This document shows positions 32,179-42,810 of a stretch of 64,000 bases of DNA, one piece after another. How positions within the stretch are numbered: position 1 is the first letter of the stretch; each line of letters opens with the position of its first letter. Position numbers and translations under genes: made by a program. This DNA is from Candidatus Binatia bacterium (GTDB lineage: Bacteria > Desulfobacterota > Binatia > UBA9968 > CAXXLF01): the NCBI GenBank assembly GCA_963664015.2, contig CAXXLF010000001.1, forward strand, positions 1,120,001 to 1,184,000, in the 5' to 3' direction. The notes under the pieces were generated by a model that saw only the letters and a program-made list of their open reading frames with translations, searched no databases and was not told the origin of the DNA.

Positions 32179-35004
32179 GTGCCTACTTTTAACAGTACTT
32201 TGACTCATAAAGGGTTGGGTTGTCCCCTGTTCTTTTTAATTGTCGTCTTAATGATACCCTGGACCGCAGAGGCCAGGGATCGGCAGAGCAAAACTCTCGT
32301 TTTGAAAAATGGCCTGGCCGTAATTCTCGTCCACGATCCGGAAGTGCACAGGAGCGCGGCAGCCCTTTCCGTGGGTGTTGGCAGTCTCTATGACCCCGAC
32401 GAGAAATTAGGCTTGGCCCATTATCTGGAACACATGCTTTTCCTGGGAACCAAGAAGTTCCCGATGGTCAACTCCTTCGACAAGTACCTTTCAGAGAACT
32501 CAGGCGACAACAACGCTTATACGGGTGACGTGATTACCAACTACTACTTTGAGATTTCCCACGAGGCCTTTCCAGGAGCCCTGGACCGGTTCAGCCAGTT
32601 TTTTACGGCACCCCTGTTCGATAAGAAATATGCGGAACGAGAGGCCAATGCGGTCCATAGCGAGTACGACAAGAATAAACTACGCGACGATTGGCGCTAC
32701 CGCTACGTTGTCAACCAGGTCTCGGAAGAAGGACATTTATCAAGAAGGTTTAGCATCGGCAACCTGGAGACCCTGGCGGGGGACAACCGATCGGCTTTAT
32801 TGGCGTTTCACAAACGCTACTATGTCGCCTCCAGAATGAAGCTGGCCATGCTCTCAAGCGCGCCCCTAACAGAACAGCAGGCGTTGGCGGAGAGTTATTT
32901 CTCAGACATCCCCGACCGCCCGGTGGACCTTCCCACCATCGAACCCGTTTACCGCAAGCCCCTCGAGGGTCGGTACTGGTTCATGAAGGTCAAGACGATC
33001 AGGGATATGCGTACCCTGACCCTCACCTTCCCCTCCATCAGATTCCACGATCACCTGGAGGGAAAGCCGGGACAAATCGTGGCCAGTGTCTTGGGACATG
33101 AAGGGAAGGGATCGCTTTTATCGAAGCTTAAGGAGGAAGGATTGGCTCTCGGACTCTCTGCCGAAGCCGATTACGGTCACCCCGATCTTTCGTCCTTCGA
33201 TATCAGCGTACAATTGACCAAAAAAGGGGAGAAAAATTACCCGCGTGTTATTGACTTCATCTTTGCATATATTCAATTGCTGAAAAAAAAGGGCATAGAG
33301 GAGTACACCTTCAAAGAAGCCCAGACCATGGCTCAAATCAACTTTGACTGGCGGAACCCCAAAGAAGGCATGAGACATGTGAGCCGCCTGGCGGCCAATA
33401 TGCAGGATTACAAACTCACGGATGTGGAGACCCTTCCCTACTTAATTCGGAAATTCGAGCCTGAGGCCTACATGGCTATTCTCAGCACCCTGACCCCGGA
33501 AAACATGCTGGCCGTAATGCAGGCCCGGGACGTTGAAGTTGACAGGAAAACAAAATTCTACGAAGCCGAATACTCGGTAGCCCAAATGGACGGCGATGCG
33601 TTTCAGCGGTTAAAGAATCCGCTCCCTATCTCTGGAATAACTTATCCGGAACCCAATGACTTTATCCCCTACAGCCTTAAACTGATCCCCGAACAGCCGG
33701 TCCTGATTCGTGACGACGACCTCGCGCGAGTCTGGTTCCTCTTCGACAATCGGTTTAAGCATCCCAAGGTCAGCATGAAGTTCCGAATTGAGACTCCTCA
33801 TGTTTATGACACCGTGGAGCACTACGCCCACACCCAACTTTATACCGCCGCAATTCAGGAAGGATTGAATGAACTGGTCTACCCCATACAGATGGCTGGA
33901 TTGTTCTATCAACTTCGGGTCAGAAAGAAGGGCGTCATCCTGTCCTTGGGAGGGTACTCGGAGAAGATCTCTGACCTCCTCTCGCTGGTGGCCAAGAATC
34001 TCACCCGGATCAAAATTGACGAAAGTAAGTTTAACGATCTCAAGCGGGCCATCATCCGTGGCCTCGAGAACCAAAAGGTCGGTTCGGCCTATTCCCGCGC
34101 GGGATACTACAACAGGCTCCTCGGACGGGTCAAAGAGTACTCGGAGGAGGAGGTGCTTGAGGCCATGGGACAGGTGACCCTGAAAGATATCAAAGCCCAT
34201 GCAACCAAGCTATACGAGAAAATATTCGTTACCGGGGTTATTAACGGAAACTGGACCGCCGAGCAGGCACGGGAGAGTCTCCAGATTTTGTTGGCCCAGA
34301 TTCAGAGCCGGCCCCTGCCCCAGGAGGAACGGTTTCGCGATCAGCTGGAGGTCCTCCAGCCCGATCAAACAGTTCGGTTCTCCACCCAGGCGGCAACCAA
34401 CAACAACGCCCTGATTTACGAATTACAGATCGGCCCCATGGACCTCAGAACCCGTGCCAAGGTTTCCTTAGTGGCCTCCATCATTGAAAGCGACTTTTAC
34501 ACGCAGATGCGGACCAACCAACAACTGGGCTACATCGTGTCGAGCTACAGTCAGAGATTCCAGGATGAGCTGTATTTCAAATTCTTGATTCAGTCTGCGG
34601 GCTACGGTCCCTTTGAACTTCAAAAGCGGGTGGAAACGTGGATGACCCAGTCCCACCGGTTACTGGCTGAACTCACCGATGAGGAATTCGAACGACACCG
34701 TAAGGGATTCATCGTGTCACTGGAAAAGAACGGGGACAGCATCGCGGAGGTCACCGGAGAACTCTATCGCTTTGCCACCCGAGACGACGGCAACTTTCAA
34801 TACAAGCAACAGTTAGTTGAGGTGGCCAAAGGTCTGACAAAAAAAGAGGTGTTGGCAACCGCCGAAAAGATACTTCTCGATCCCCGGACCCCCCGACGGA
34901 TCGTTTTGATCCGCTCCAGTGAAAATAACGAGTTGGTGCCCCCAGGGGTCCTGACAACGGTTGCTCAATTCAAAGACAAAGCAGTCCTGCAACCCAACAA
35001 ATGA
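32179..35004 (+). CDS. Exported insulinase-family (M16A, pitrilysin-like) zinc peptidase
   Basis: GLAHYLEHMLFLG, NAYT, MRTNQQLGY; hydrophobic N-terminus ending in AEA; GGAGG before the GTG at 32179. Confidence 0.9.
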   Translation: MPTFNSTLTHKGLGCPLFFLIVVLMIPWTAEARDRQSKTLVLKNGLAVILVHDPEVHRSAAALSVGVGSLYDPDEKLGLAHYLEHMLFLGTKKFPMVNSFDKYLSENSGDNNAYTGDVITNYYFEISHEAFPGALDRFSQFFTAPLFDKKYAEREANAVHSEYDKNKLRDDWRYRYVVNQVSEEGHLSRRFSIGNLETLAGDNRSALLAFHKRYYVASRMKLAMLSSAPLTEQQALAESYFSDIPDRPVDLPTIEPVYRKPLEGRYWFMKVKTIRDMRTLTLTFPSIRFHDHLEGKPGQIVASVLGHEGKGSLLSKLKEEGLALGLSAEADYGHPDLSSFDISVQLTKKGEKNYPRVIDFIFAYIQLLKKKGIEEYTFKEAQTMAQINFDWRNPKEGMRHVSRLAANMQDYKLTDVETLPYLIRKFEPEAYMAILSTLTPENMLAVMQARDVEVDRKTKFYEAEYSVAQMDGDAFQRLKNPLPISGITYPEPNDFIPYSLKLIPEQPVLIRDDDLARVWFLFDNRFKHPKVSMKFRIETPHVYDTVEHYAHTQLYTAAIQEGLNELVYPIQMAGLFYQLRVRKKGVILSLGGYSEKISDLLSLVAKNLTRIKIDESKFNDLKRAIIRGLENQKVGSAYSRAGYYNRLLGRVKEYSEEEVLEAMGQVTLKDIKAHATKLYEKIFVTGVINGNWTAEQARESLQILLAQIQSRPLPQEERFRDQLEVLQPDQTVRFSTQAATNNNALIYELQIGPMDLRTRAKVSLVASIIESDFYTQMRTNQQLGYIVSSYSQRFQDELYFKFLIQSAGYGPFELQKRVETWMTQSHRLLAELTDEEFERHRKGFIVSLEKNGDSIAEVTGELYRFATRDDGNFQYKQQLVEVAKGLTKKEVLATAEKILLDPRTPRRIVLIRSSENNELVPPGVLTTVAQFKDKAVLQPNK

Positions 35005-35119
35005 CCGCGCTCGTGCTACGGTGACCCGGCGAGGTCAAGAAAAGGTTTTTAGGTAAGTGGAACGGTTGGGATGGCGCTCACCAACCGCAACTAGTAAATA
35101 GACAAAAGCTATCGACGCT

Positions 35120-36223
35120 TCACGCGTCGGGAATTTCTTTACCCCCCCCCTCAGCGGCGACCAGTTTCTGGCTGAATTGGTCCAGCCGTTTTTCCGCGGC
35201 CAGAAAACTCGACTGGGTATGGCCCAGGTGTTTACCCACGAGGGTGAATTCCCCCTTGAACTTGCTAAAATCCCCCTCCAGTCGGCCCAGGTACTGGAGG
35301 ATCTCCTTAGCCCGCTCCTCGATCTTCATGCCCTTGAGTCCCAGGACAATCGCCTGGAGGTAAGCATAGAAGCTGTTGGGGGAAACCGGGATGACCTTTT
35401 TGCTCAGGGCGTAATGGCTGATGCTATTCTCCCCTCCCAGGGCGTCGTCCTTGATGATGGTTTCGTAATATATATTTTCCGCCGGGATGTACATCAGCGC
35501 AAAATCGTAAGTATCCTCGTCGGGAAGGATGTATTTGCTCGCAATGGAGTCGATGTGCTTTTTGACGTCTACAACGAATTGTTTCTTGGCCCGCAATTTC
35601 TCTTCGTCGGAACTTCCCTCCAACATGCGTTTAAAGTTCTCTAGGGGGAACTTGGAATCCACCGGCACCAGCGAGCCTCCGAGCTTGATAACCGCATCAA
35701 CCTTTTCACCGTTTTTAAAAGCAAACTGGGTGTCAAAGTGATGGGCGGGAAGGATCTGCCCCAACAGGTCACCAAGGAAGTACTCGCCCAAGCCGCCTCG
35801 TAGCTTGGGGGCGCGCAGGATCTCCTGTAGGGATGAGATGTCTTTGCCCACATCGTAAATTTTGCGGTTGGCCTCTTCCAACCCCCCTAGGCTCTTTTGC
35901 ACGTTCCCGACAACTCGCGCCGCGCTATCGAGCCTCTCTCCGAGGCTCTGCTGAGTCTTCTGCAGGATCTCCGAATGCTCCTTGAGTCGGTCGGAGACAT
36001 GGCCGAGGACCTGTCCCAGCTGCTCGTTGATGAGGCGTGTGTTACCTTCCAGGGTCTGGGATAACTGGTTGCGCACCTGTTCGATCTGCTGCGTAACTAC
36101 AAGGAGCGTCTGGTCATCCTTCTTTGCAGCCAACAGGGTTTCCAGCCTACGAAAAAGGACCCAAACAAACACCACTAGACCGGCAACTAGGAGGTAAGGA
36201 AGGAATGGAGTTAGCGTATTCAC
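35120..36223 (-). CDS. rmuC: DNA recombination protein RmuC
   Basis: N-terminal TM helix, coiled coil, RGGLGE, VDSKFP, ALMYIPAE. Confidence 0.93.
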   Translation of the reverse strand: MNTLTPFLPYLLVAGLVVFVWVLFRRLETLLAAKKDDQTLLVVTQQIEQVRNQLSQTLEGNTRLINEQLGQVLGHVSDRLKEHSEILQKTQQSLGERLDSAARVVGNVQKSLGGLEEANRKIYDVGKDISSLQEILRAPKLRGGLGEYFLGDLLGQILPAHHFDTQFAFKNGEKVDAVIKLGGSLVPVDSKFPLENFKRMLEGSSDEEKLRAKKQFVVDVKKHIDSIASKYILPDEDTYDFALMYIPAENIYYETIIKDDALGGENSISHYALSKKVIPVSPNSFYAYLQAIVLGLKGMKIEERAKEILQYLGRLEGDFSKFKGEFTLVGKHLGHTQSSFLAAEKRLDQFSQKLVAAEGGGKEIPDA

Positions 36224-36240
36224 GGTCGGCTTCAGGCAAA

Positions 36241-36453
36241 TCAGCGTAGCTGGAGGGTATACTCCAAGACTTCGCTGAGCTTACGGATCTGTGTGGCCCT
36301 CAGTGGACGCTCGTCACGGGGGGAAGAGAGATAAACATTGACGCTATGCTTGAGATTCCACTCGAGCAACTCTATGCACTGTTGGGTGCTGAGCTTTTCC
36401 TCTCGGCTGCGGCGCGCCCGGTGAATCTCTTTGAGTTCAACAACCTGACCCAT
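36241..36453 (-). CDS. Hypothetical protein (70 aa)
   Basis: Fills the gap upstream of rmuC; helical, protein-like composition; TTGACA-18-TAAGTT just upstream. Confidence 0.6.
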   Translation of the reverse strand: MGQVVELKEIHRARRSREEKLSTQQCIELLEWNLKHSVNVYLSSPRDERPLRATQIRKLSEVLEYTLQLR

Positions 36454-36633
36454 ATGGTGCAGTAAACTTATGGGTGAGGAAACACCCTTGTCAAGAGCCT
36501 GACCGTTATTGTGTCAAACACAAACGGATTCATTCACCGTGCCATCTAGCGTTTAGTTGAGGATTGGGAAGCAGAAAGGGATTGGCAAAGCCCCATGGCA
36601 AACGCTGGGGCTCCGACATGAGCTGAAACGAAC

Positions 36634-36698
36634 GGGACAGCCTCCGAGACCGCACCGCTCGGGGACCGAAGAGACGACTGACTACGGGACTACGGACT
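36634..36698. repeat. Modular intergenic repeat, copy 1
   Basis: GGGACAGCCTCCGAGACCGCACCGCTCGGGGACCGAA and GAAGAGACGACTGACTACGGGACTACGGACT, similar to 41241-41442 and 49565-49833. Confidence 0.65.
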
Positions 36699-36816
36699 GG
36701 TAGAGGGAGCCAAACGAGCGGGCACCAGGAATCACTGGATGAATGAAAAGAAATTTGCTAGAGGTATGATTCGATTCGACGGATGAATGATTCTTGGAAT
36801 GGAAAGGAGAGGCTCA

Positions 36817-37539
36817 ATGGAAATCACCACAACAAATCTTCAACTGGATACCCCTGACGGCAAGATGGAGGCCTACGAGGCCAGGCCGAAAGACGGCGGT
36901 GCAAGGCCCGCCGTTATCGTGTTAATGGAAGCCTTCGGGCTCAACAGCCATATAAAAAGCGTGACAGAGCGCGTGGCTCAAGAAGGTTACGTCGCCATCG
37001 CCCCGGATCTCTTCCACCGGGAGTCCGAAGGGCTCGTTCCCTATTCGGATCTGAAAAAAGCGGTCGGCAACATGATGAAGCTGCAAGACCCCAAAATCAT
37101 GGAGGACGTAGGTGCAGCCCTGTCCCACCTGAAATCCCAGAGCTATGTTAACGCCGGGGCCATTGGCGTCACCGGATTTTGTATGGGGGGTCGGTTCACC
37201 TATCTGACCGCGGCCCATCATAATAAGGACATCAAGGCGGCCGTCGTCTTCTATGGAGGTGGCATACCACTGGGCAAGCCGAGTCCATTAGAGCGCACCA
37301 GTGAGATCAACTGCCCCATGACCCTCTTTTTCGGCGGGAAGGACGCTTTCATACCTCAAGAGCAAGTGGAGCAGATCAAGACGGCCCTCACCGACAACAA
37401 GAAGGATTTCTCCCTCAAGGTCTACCCGGAGCCCGGCCATGGCTTTTGCTGCGACGATAGAGAGCAGAGTTACCACGCGGAATCGGCCAAGGACGCATGG
37501 GACAAGGCCAAGACCTTTTTCGCTCAGCATCTGAAATAA
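36817..37539 (+). CDS. Dienelactone hydrolase family protein
   Basis: EAFGL, APDLF, GFCMGG, FYGG, GHGF. Confidence 0.94.
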   Translation: MEITTTNLQLDTPDGKMEAYEARPKDGGARPAVIVLMEAFGLNSHIKSVTERVAQEGYVAIAPDLFHRESEGLVPYSDLKKAVGNMMKLQDPKIMEDVGAALSHLKSQSYVNAGAIGVTGFCMGGRFTYLTAAHHNKDIKAAVVFYGGGIPLGKPSPLERTSEINCPMTLFFGGKDAFIPQEQVEQIKTALTDNKKDFSLKVYPEPGHGFCCDDREQSYHAESAKDAWDKAKTFFAQHLK

Positions 37540-37542
37540 AGC

Positions 37543-39147
37543 ATGGAGTTTCTATTGAAAGAGGAAAGGGTTCACCTACCTTTCCTCTTTTTGTTTACCC
37601 TCCTCCTCTACCTATCCTTTTTAGGCGGACGCGACCTCTGGTCGCCAGTGGAGCCCCGCTATGGGGAGATCGTCCGGGTCATGTTCAGCCGTGGAGAGTG
37701 GATCGTTCCCACCGTCAACGGCAGTCTCTATACGGATAAACCCATCCTCTATTTCTGGCTGGTGTTGATCTTCTCGCATCTTCTCGGCGGCGTGAGCGAA
37801 TGGTCGCTCCGGTTACCTTCCGCCTTGTCGGCTATCGGGCTGAGTCTTATCACCTACCGTATGGGGAGTGAGTTCTTCGGTGCACGAGTCGGGCTCCTCG
37901 CTTCCCTGATTTTTGCAACGCTTTCGCGAGTGTTGTTGGAGGGACGTTGGGCCCACACGGACATGCTTTTTTCCTTTTGTTTTACCGCTTCCGTATATCT
38001 CCTCTTGCGCCGCTGGCATGGTCGATCTGGTTCCAGTGAAGCACTTGTTGCGTACGCACTCATGGGTTTGGCAACGCTGACCAAGGGAATGATTGGATTT
38101 GTCCTTCCCGGAATGATCTTCTTATGCTTGCTGATCATGAGGAAAGACGGCCAGGGGTGGAGCCGGTTGAATCTGATTCCCGGGACTTTGATTTTTCTCT
38201 TGGTGATTGCTCCCTGGTTTGTGGTGGTTGCGCTTCAGACTCAAGGCGAGTGGCTGAGCGAGTTCATATGGACGCACCACGTTCAGCGCTATCTCGATAG
38301 CTCGGGGCACAGACGCCCTTTCTATTATTACCTGATTAACTTACCCGTAGACCTCGCTCCTTGGACGCCACTTCTCATCCCAGCGGCGGTGGCTGCCTGG
38401 AATCGACGGCGGATCGCCCTGAGCCCCGTGGCTCTTACCCTGGTGACCTGGGCAATCGTCGTATTCGTTTTCTTTTCCCTTTCCGACACCAAGAGAGGCC
38501 TATATCTTCTTCCCATGTACCCGACCGTCGCCCTTTGGCTGGCCCATGCGCTGGTCGCCGGTGAGCAACGAGGGTCGCCTGTCCCTTGGGGTTTCCGGCC
38601 GGTTGCTATTCTTTACTCGGCTTTGTTGTTGTTGACTGCCCTTTCCCTTCCCGTGGTCACGTATTGGGTCCAACCGGACCTGCTCGGCGGCACCCTATTC
38701 CCAGCCCTAATTATGGCGCTGGGAAGTTGCGCGGCCTACCTGTCCTTTCACAGATCTCAGCTTTGTAGTGGTTCCCTGTGGCTTGCCGTTATGTTCCTCG
38801 GTTTTGTCATCTCGAATGCCTATTGGGTATTTCCAACCATTGATCGGTACAAATCCCCCCGGGCTTTTGTCACGCAGGTTCAAGCAAGGGTCCAGTCTGA
38901 GGAACAGCTTTATATCTATAAAGACACAATGAATACGTTTAATTATTACCTGAACCGCGAGGTCATCCGGGTCCTGTCTAGTCCTGAGGAATTAGCATCC
39001 GTCAATAAAGGGGAAGACCGCGCTTATCTCATGATCAAGGGAAAGGACCTGCGCCGGGTACCAGAACAGATAAAGCTCAGCTGGCAAATCGTTGCCGAAG
39101 GGACCGTCGGCAGTAAAATCTGGAGTCTCTATCGGCTTGCGGGTTAA
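37543..39147 (+). CDS. ArnT-like glycosyltransferase (family 39/83, GT-C)
   Basis: EPRYGEIVRVM, DKPILYFW, LRLPSA, LTKG; many TM helices. Confidence 0.88.
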   Translation: MEFLLKEERVHLPFLFLFTLLLYLSFLGGRDLWSPVEPRYGEIVRVMFSRGEWIVPTVNGSLYTDKPILYFWLVLIFSHLLGGVSEWSLRLPSALSAIGLSLITYRMGSEFFGARVGLLASLIFATLSRVLLEGRWAHTDMLFSFCFTASVYLLLRRWHGRSGSSEALVAYALMGLATLTKGMIGFVLPGMIFLCLLIMRKDGQGWSRLNLIPGTLIFLLVIAPWFVVVALQTQGEWLSEFIWTHHVQRYLDSSGHRRPFYYYLINLPVDLAPWTPLLIPAAVAAWNRRRIALSPVALTLVTWAIVVFVFFSLSDTKRGLYLLPMYPTVALWLAHALVAGEQRGSPVPWGFRPVAILYSALLLLTALSLPVVTYWVQPDLLGGTLFPALIMALGSCAAYLSFHRSQLCSGSLWLAVMFLGFVISNAYWVFPTIDRYKSPRAFVTQVQARVQSEEQLYIYKDTMNTFNYYLNREVIRVLSSPEELASVNKGEDRAYLMIKGKDLRRVPEQIKLSWQIVAEGTVGSKIWSLYRLAG

Positions 39148-39214
39148 CCGTTCGGATCCCAGCGGTGACTTATATCATTTTGTGATACAGTAGGGAGAAA
39201 CGAGGTTGTTCTAA

Positions 39215-40096
39215 GTGTTCCAAACGGTCCATCTGGGGTTGATTCAAGCAAAGGCGGGGGTAGACTCCGAGCGGAACCTGTCCAGAACCATGGTGCAGGT
39301 CCGTGACGCTGCACGGCGGGGTGCTCAGATCGTCTGCCTTGAGGAACTCTTTCTCTCGACTTATTTCCCTCAGGTGGAGGATCCAGATCTCTTCAAACTG
39401 GCCGAACCGGTCCCAGGACCGACAACCGAAAAACTGTCCCAGCTTGCCGCAACCGAGAAAATCGTTATTGTTGCGTCGATCTTCGAGCGACGATCCGCCG
39501 GCATTTACCACAACACGGCAGTAGTCATCGACGCCGACGGCTCCATCGCGGGCAAGTACCGCAAGATGCATATCCCCGATGATCCCGGTTATTATGAAAA
39601 ATTCTACTTTACCCCGGGAGACCTGGGTTTTCCGAGCTTTCAGACACGCTACGCTAGGATCGGTGTCCTTGTTTGCTGGGACCAGTGGTTTCCCGAGGCC
39701 GCACGCCTGATCTCGCTGAGTGGGGCCCAGATTATCGTCTACCCCACGGCTATCGGAAAGATAGCAGCGGACTCAGCTGCAGCTGCAAAGTCACAACGCC
39801 AGGCATGGCGCTTGATCCAGCAAGGGCACGCCGTGGCTAACGGCGTTTTTGTAGCGGCAGTGAATCGCGTGGGTCGCGAGGGCAACCTGCGTTTTTGGGG
39901 TGGCTCTTTTGTCGTGGATCCATTCGGAGGGATGATCACCGAGGCAAGTGAAGCCCGGGAAGAGATCGTCCTGGCCAAGTGCGATTTGGGCAAGATCGAC
40001 GAAACCCGGCAGAATTGGCCCTTTCTCAGGGACCGTCGAATCGACGCCTACGAGTCACTCACGGCACGTTATCTGGACCCGAAACCACCCCAATAG
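39215..40096 (+). CDS. aguB: Carbon-nitrogen hydrolase, N-carbamoylputrescine amidase-like
   Basis: E-K-C triad (LEELF, YRKMHIP, VCWDQWFPE), YYEKFYF; adjacent to agmatine deiminase. Confidence 0.85.
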   Translation: MFQTVHLGLIQAKAGVDSERNLSRTMVQVRDAARRGAQIVCLEELFLSTYFPQVEDPDLFKLAEPVPGPTTEKLSQLAATEKIVIVASIFERRSAGIYHNTAVVIDADGSIAGKYRKMHIPDDPGYYEKFYFTPGDLGFPSFQTRYARIGVLVCWDQWFPEAARLISLSGAQIIVYPTAIGKIAADSAAAAKSQRQAWRLIQQGHAVANGVFVAAVNRVGREGNLRFWGGSFVVDPFGGMITEASEAREEIVLAKCDLGKIDETRQNWPFLRDRRIDAYESLTARYLDPKPPQ

Positions 40097-40137
40097 GGTA
40101 CCCATTGGCCAATCCTGTCTCACGCCATCGTTCGGAT

Positions 40138-41196
40138 ATGAGATCAAATCCTCCTTCCCCAGATAGCTATACTATGCCGCCCGAGTGGGCCCCCCATGAG
40201 GCGACATGGCTGGCCTGGCCTCACAATCCCGAGGCCTGGCATTCTCAATTAAATGCTGTTCAGGATGTTTGGTTAGAGATTGCCCGCGTCCTCTCGCTGG
40301 GGGAGAAAGTGCGACTGCTCATCTATAACCGTGAAAGCGAAAAAGAGGTCTATCAAAGGCTTCGAACTGCCGGCGCCGCCATGGATCGAGTTTCCCTGGT
40401 ACAAATCCCGACCGTGGATATTTGGATCCGGGACTACGGCCCGACGTTTGTCACCCGGGAAAGCGGCGCGAACCGGGTGGCTGCTAATCGCTGGGTGTTC
40501 AACGCCTGGGGCGAAAAATATGAGGCCTGGTTGAAGGACGATAGCGTGGCGAGCCAGGTGGCCGAATTCCTCAAGGTCCCCCTATTTGAATCCGGATTGG
40601 TACTCGAGGGCGGCTCCATCGAAGTCAACGGTCGCGGCGCCTGCCTCTCTACGGAACAGTGCCTTCTGAATCCAAATAGAAATCCCGACCGGACCCATGG
40701 AGAGATCGAACAGAGCCTGCTAGACCATTTGGGAATCACGCATTTGATCTGGCTGGGGCACGGGGTCTCGGGGGACGACACCGACGGCCATATCGACAAC
40801 CTGGCCCGGTTCGTGAATCCAACCACGGTTATCTGTGCTGTAGAGAAAGACTCCAAGGATGAGAATTACACCGCACTGCAGGAAAACTACGAACGGCTCC
40901 AGGGAGCAACAGACCAGGACGGAGAAAAGATCGAGGTGGTGCCAATCCCTTTACCCGGACCCGTCAAGGAGGACGGTATAAGGCTCCCGGCAAGTTATGC
41001 GAACTTTTATATCGCTAACGGGAGTGTCCTGGTCCCTGTGTACGATCATCCAAACGACAGCAGGGCCCTGGGAATCCTGGGATCTCTTTTCCCCGATCGA
41101 AAGATCGTCGGAATACCCTGTACGGCCCTGGTCTACGGCCTGGGTGCGATCCACTGCATGACCCAACAGGAGCCTGCCGCCCCATCCGTGCCTTAA
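40138..41196 (+). CDS. aguA: Agmatine deiminase family protein
   Basis: MPPEW, WIRDYGP, LEGGS, DTDGHID, SYANF, GAIHCMTQQ. Confidence 0.92.
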   Translation: MRSNPPSPDSYTMPPEWAPHEATWLAWPHNPEAWHSQLNAVQDVWLEIARVLSLGEKVRLLIYNRESEKEVYQRLRTAGAAMDRVSLVQIPTVDIWIRDYGPTFVTRESGANRVAANRWVFNAWGEKYEAWLKDDSVASQVAEFLKVPLFESGLVLEGGSIEVNGRGACLSTEQCLLNPNRNPDRTHGEIEQSLLDHLGITHLIWLGHGVSGDDTDGHIDNLARFVNPTTVICAVEKDSKDENYTALQENYERLQGATDQDGEKIEVVPIPLPGPVKEDGIRLPASYANFYIANGSVLVPVYDHPNDSRALGILGSLFPDRKIVGIPCTALVYGLGAIHCMTQQEPAAPSVP

Positions 41197-41240
41197 CCCC
41201 TTTAATTTCACAACCCTTCGTAGCTGTGATTACGGGCGAT

Positions 41241-41502
41241 GGGGGCCGGTCCCGCGAGGCCACACTCCTCGAGGAAGGAATGTTCGGGTGCGCCCAATAG
41301 GCCTGTGAATAACTGAAGCTCCAGTATCGGATGCCCACGCCCTCATCTCTGTTCCCCTCGGAGTACTGAACTCAGGCGAAATAGGACCGTCCACAGGGAA
41401 GAGCAGAGGGTGAAGAGACTACTGACTACAGGACCACAGACTAAACAAGGATTGGAAACAGCAGAGCAATCAGAACTTAAAGCTGAGAACTGATAGCTAA
41501 AC
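41241..41502. repeat. Modular intergenic repeat, copy 2
   Basis: Contains CAATAGGCCTGTGAATAACTGAAG, CTCATCTCTGTTCCCCTCGGAGTACTGAACTCAGGCGAA and AGCTGAGAACTGATAGCTAAAC, shared with 49565-49887. Confidence 0.8.
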
Positions 41503-41527
41503 GGTAGGGAACGGCCTCTGAAATCGA

Positions 41528-42760
41528 TTAATGCCCTTTGAATAGTGGAGCGAATCGACGCTTCAACTCGGTTTCAGTAAGATTGCCCGCCTCGGCGAGT
41601 TTTTTGACCATTACAGGGTCATTCAAGTCCTCCGGTCGCAGACGGATCATATATTCGTAAAATATCTTGTAGGTCTCCGAATCCAGGTCCACCATGCGCA
41701 CGCGAATCTTCCCGGTTTGGGGATCCATCATTTCATCAAAGGGGATCGGTACGAGTCGTCCTGCCTGGATCGTGACCATAGCATTGCGCCCCCCCCTCCA
41801 GGAGAAAGCGGGTGCCCCAGTAGCCCAAGCTACGGCAGTACTGGATGTCAAAGGCTCCCGGTGGCGCGCAGCGGAGTTCATAGCCCAAAAGCTTCACGAC
41901 AATGGTGACTGAGAGATTGCGCTTCTGCAGGCTTTCAGCCACACGATTTTTCAGGAGCCGGCCCAGATCAAGCTCGCTTAATCGAACGTTGCCATAGCTG
42001 TTACGTTCAACCTCCCCAAGGGATTCGGGATCGAGTTTATCTCCCAGCCCCTCGGAGAGGAGAACAACCCCATGGTCCTTTCCCTGGGCACGCCGCTTGA
42101 TGATGACCCCCTCCAGGATGTCGGCAACACGATCGAGGCGCAGTATCTCTTCCGGCATCTCCTCAGCGATCAATGTGCACGTCGCTCCAGCGGCACCACC
42201 GATGCCCAGGGCCAGATGACCGGCGTGGCGGCCCATCACGGTGACAAAAAACCATCGTTCGGTCGTAACCGCATCCAGCATCAGATTGCGCACGAAGTCC
42301 TTGCCCAGGTTACACGCCGTCGTAAATCCGAAGCTCACGATGTCGCCGGGCAGAGGCAGGTCGTTATCAATAGCCTTGGGAACATGGGCGACAGTCATTT
42401 CGGGAAGCGCCTTGGCAACCTGGGACGCCCCATAGCCCGTATCGTCTCCTCCTATGGTCAGCAGGTGCTGAACATCAAGGCTCCGCAGCGTGTCCGCAAC
42501 ACGTTTGACGCCATCGGAGCTGCGGGTCGGGTTGGCTATCGAGGTAAGCAGGATAGAACCGCCCTCGAAGTGAATGCACGAGACATCGCTGATATCAAGC
42601 TCTACGATATGTCCCGTTCACCCTGAAGCAACCAGCGAAACCCGTTTTAGCAACCAAGCACCCGCAGGCCGCGATTGCGCGCCTCGATGGTTGCTGCAGC
42701 GATGACCGCGTTGATGCCGGGAGCGGGTCCGCCCCCAACGAGAATAGCAAGGGTTTTCAT
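41528..42760 (-). pseudogene. pfp: PPi-dependent phosphofructokinase (PfkA family), disrupted
   Basis: MKTLAILVGGGPAPGIN; TAA at 42647-42649; frameshift near 42615; GGDD; PKAIDND; MGR; GYELR; frameshift in the C8 run at 41789-41796. Confidence 0.9.
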
Positions 42761-42810
42761 CGTCGCCGGAAGTGTTGTCGTTTAGCGAGCCGGAAATAAA
42801 ACAGCGAGTC

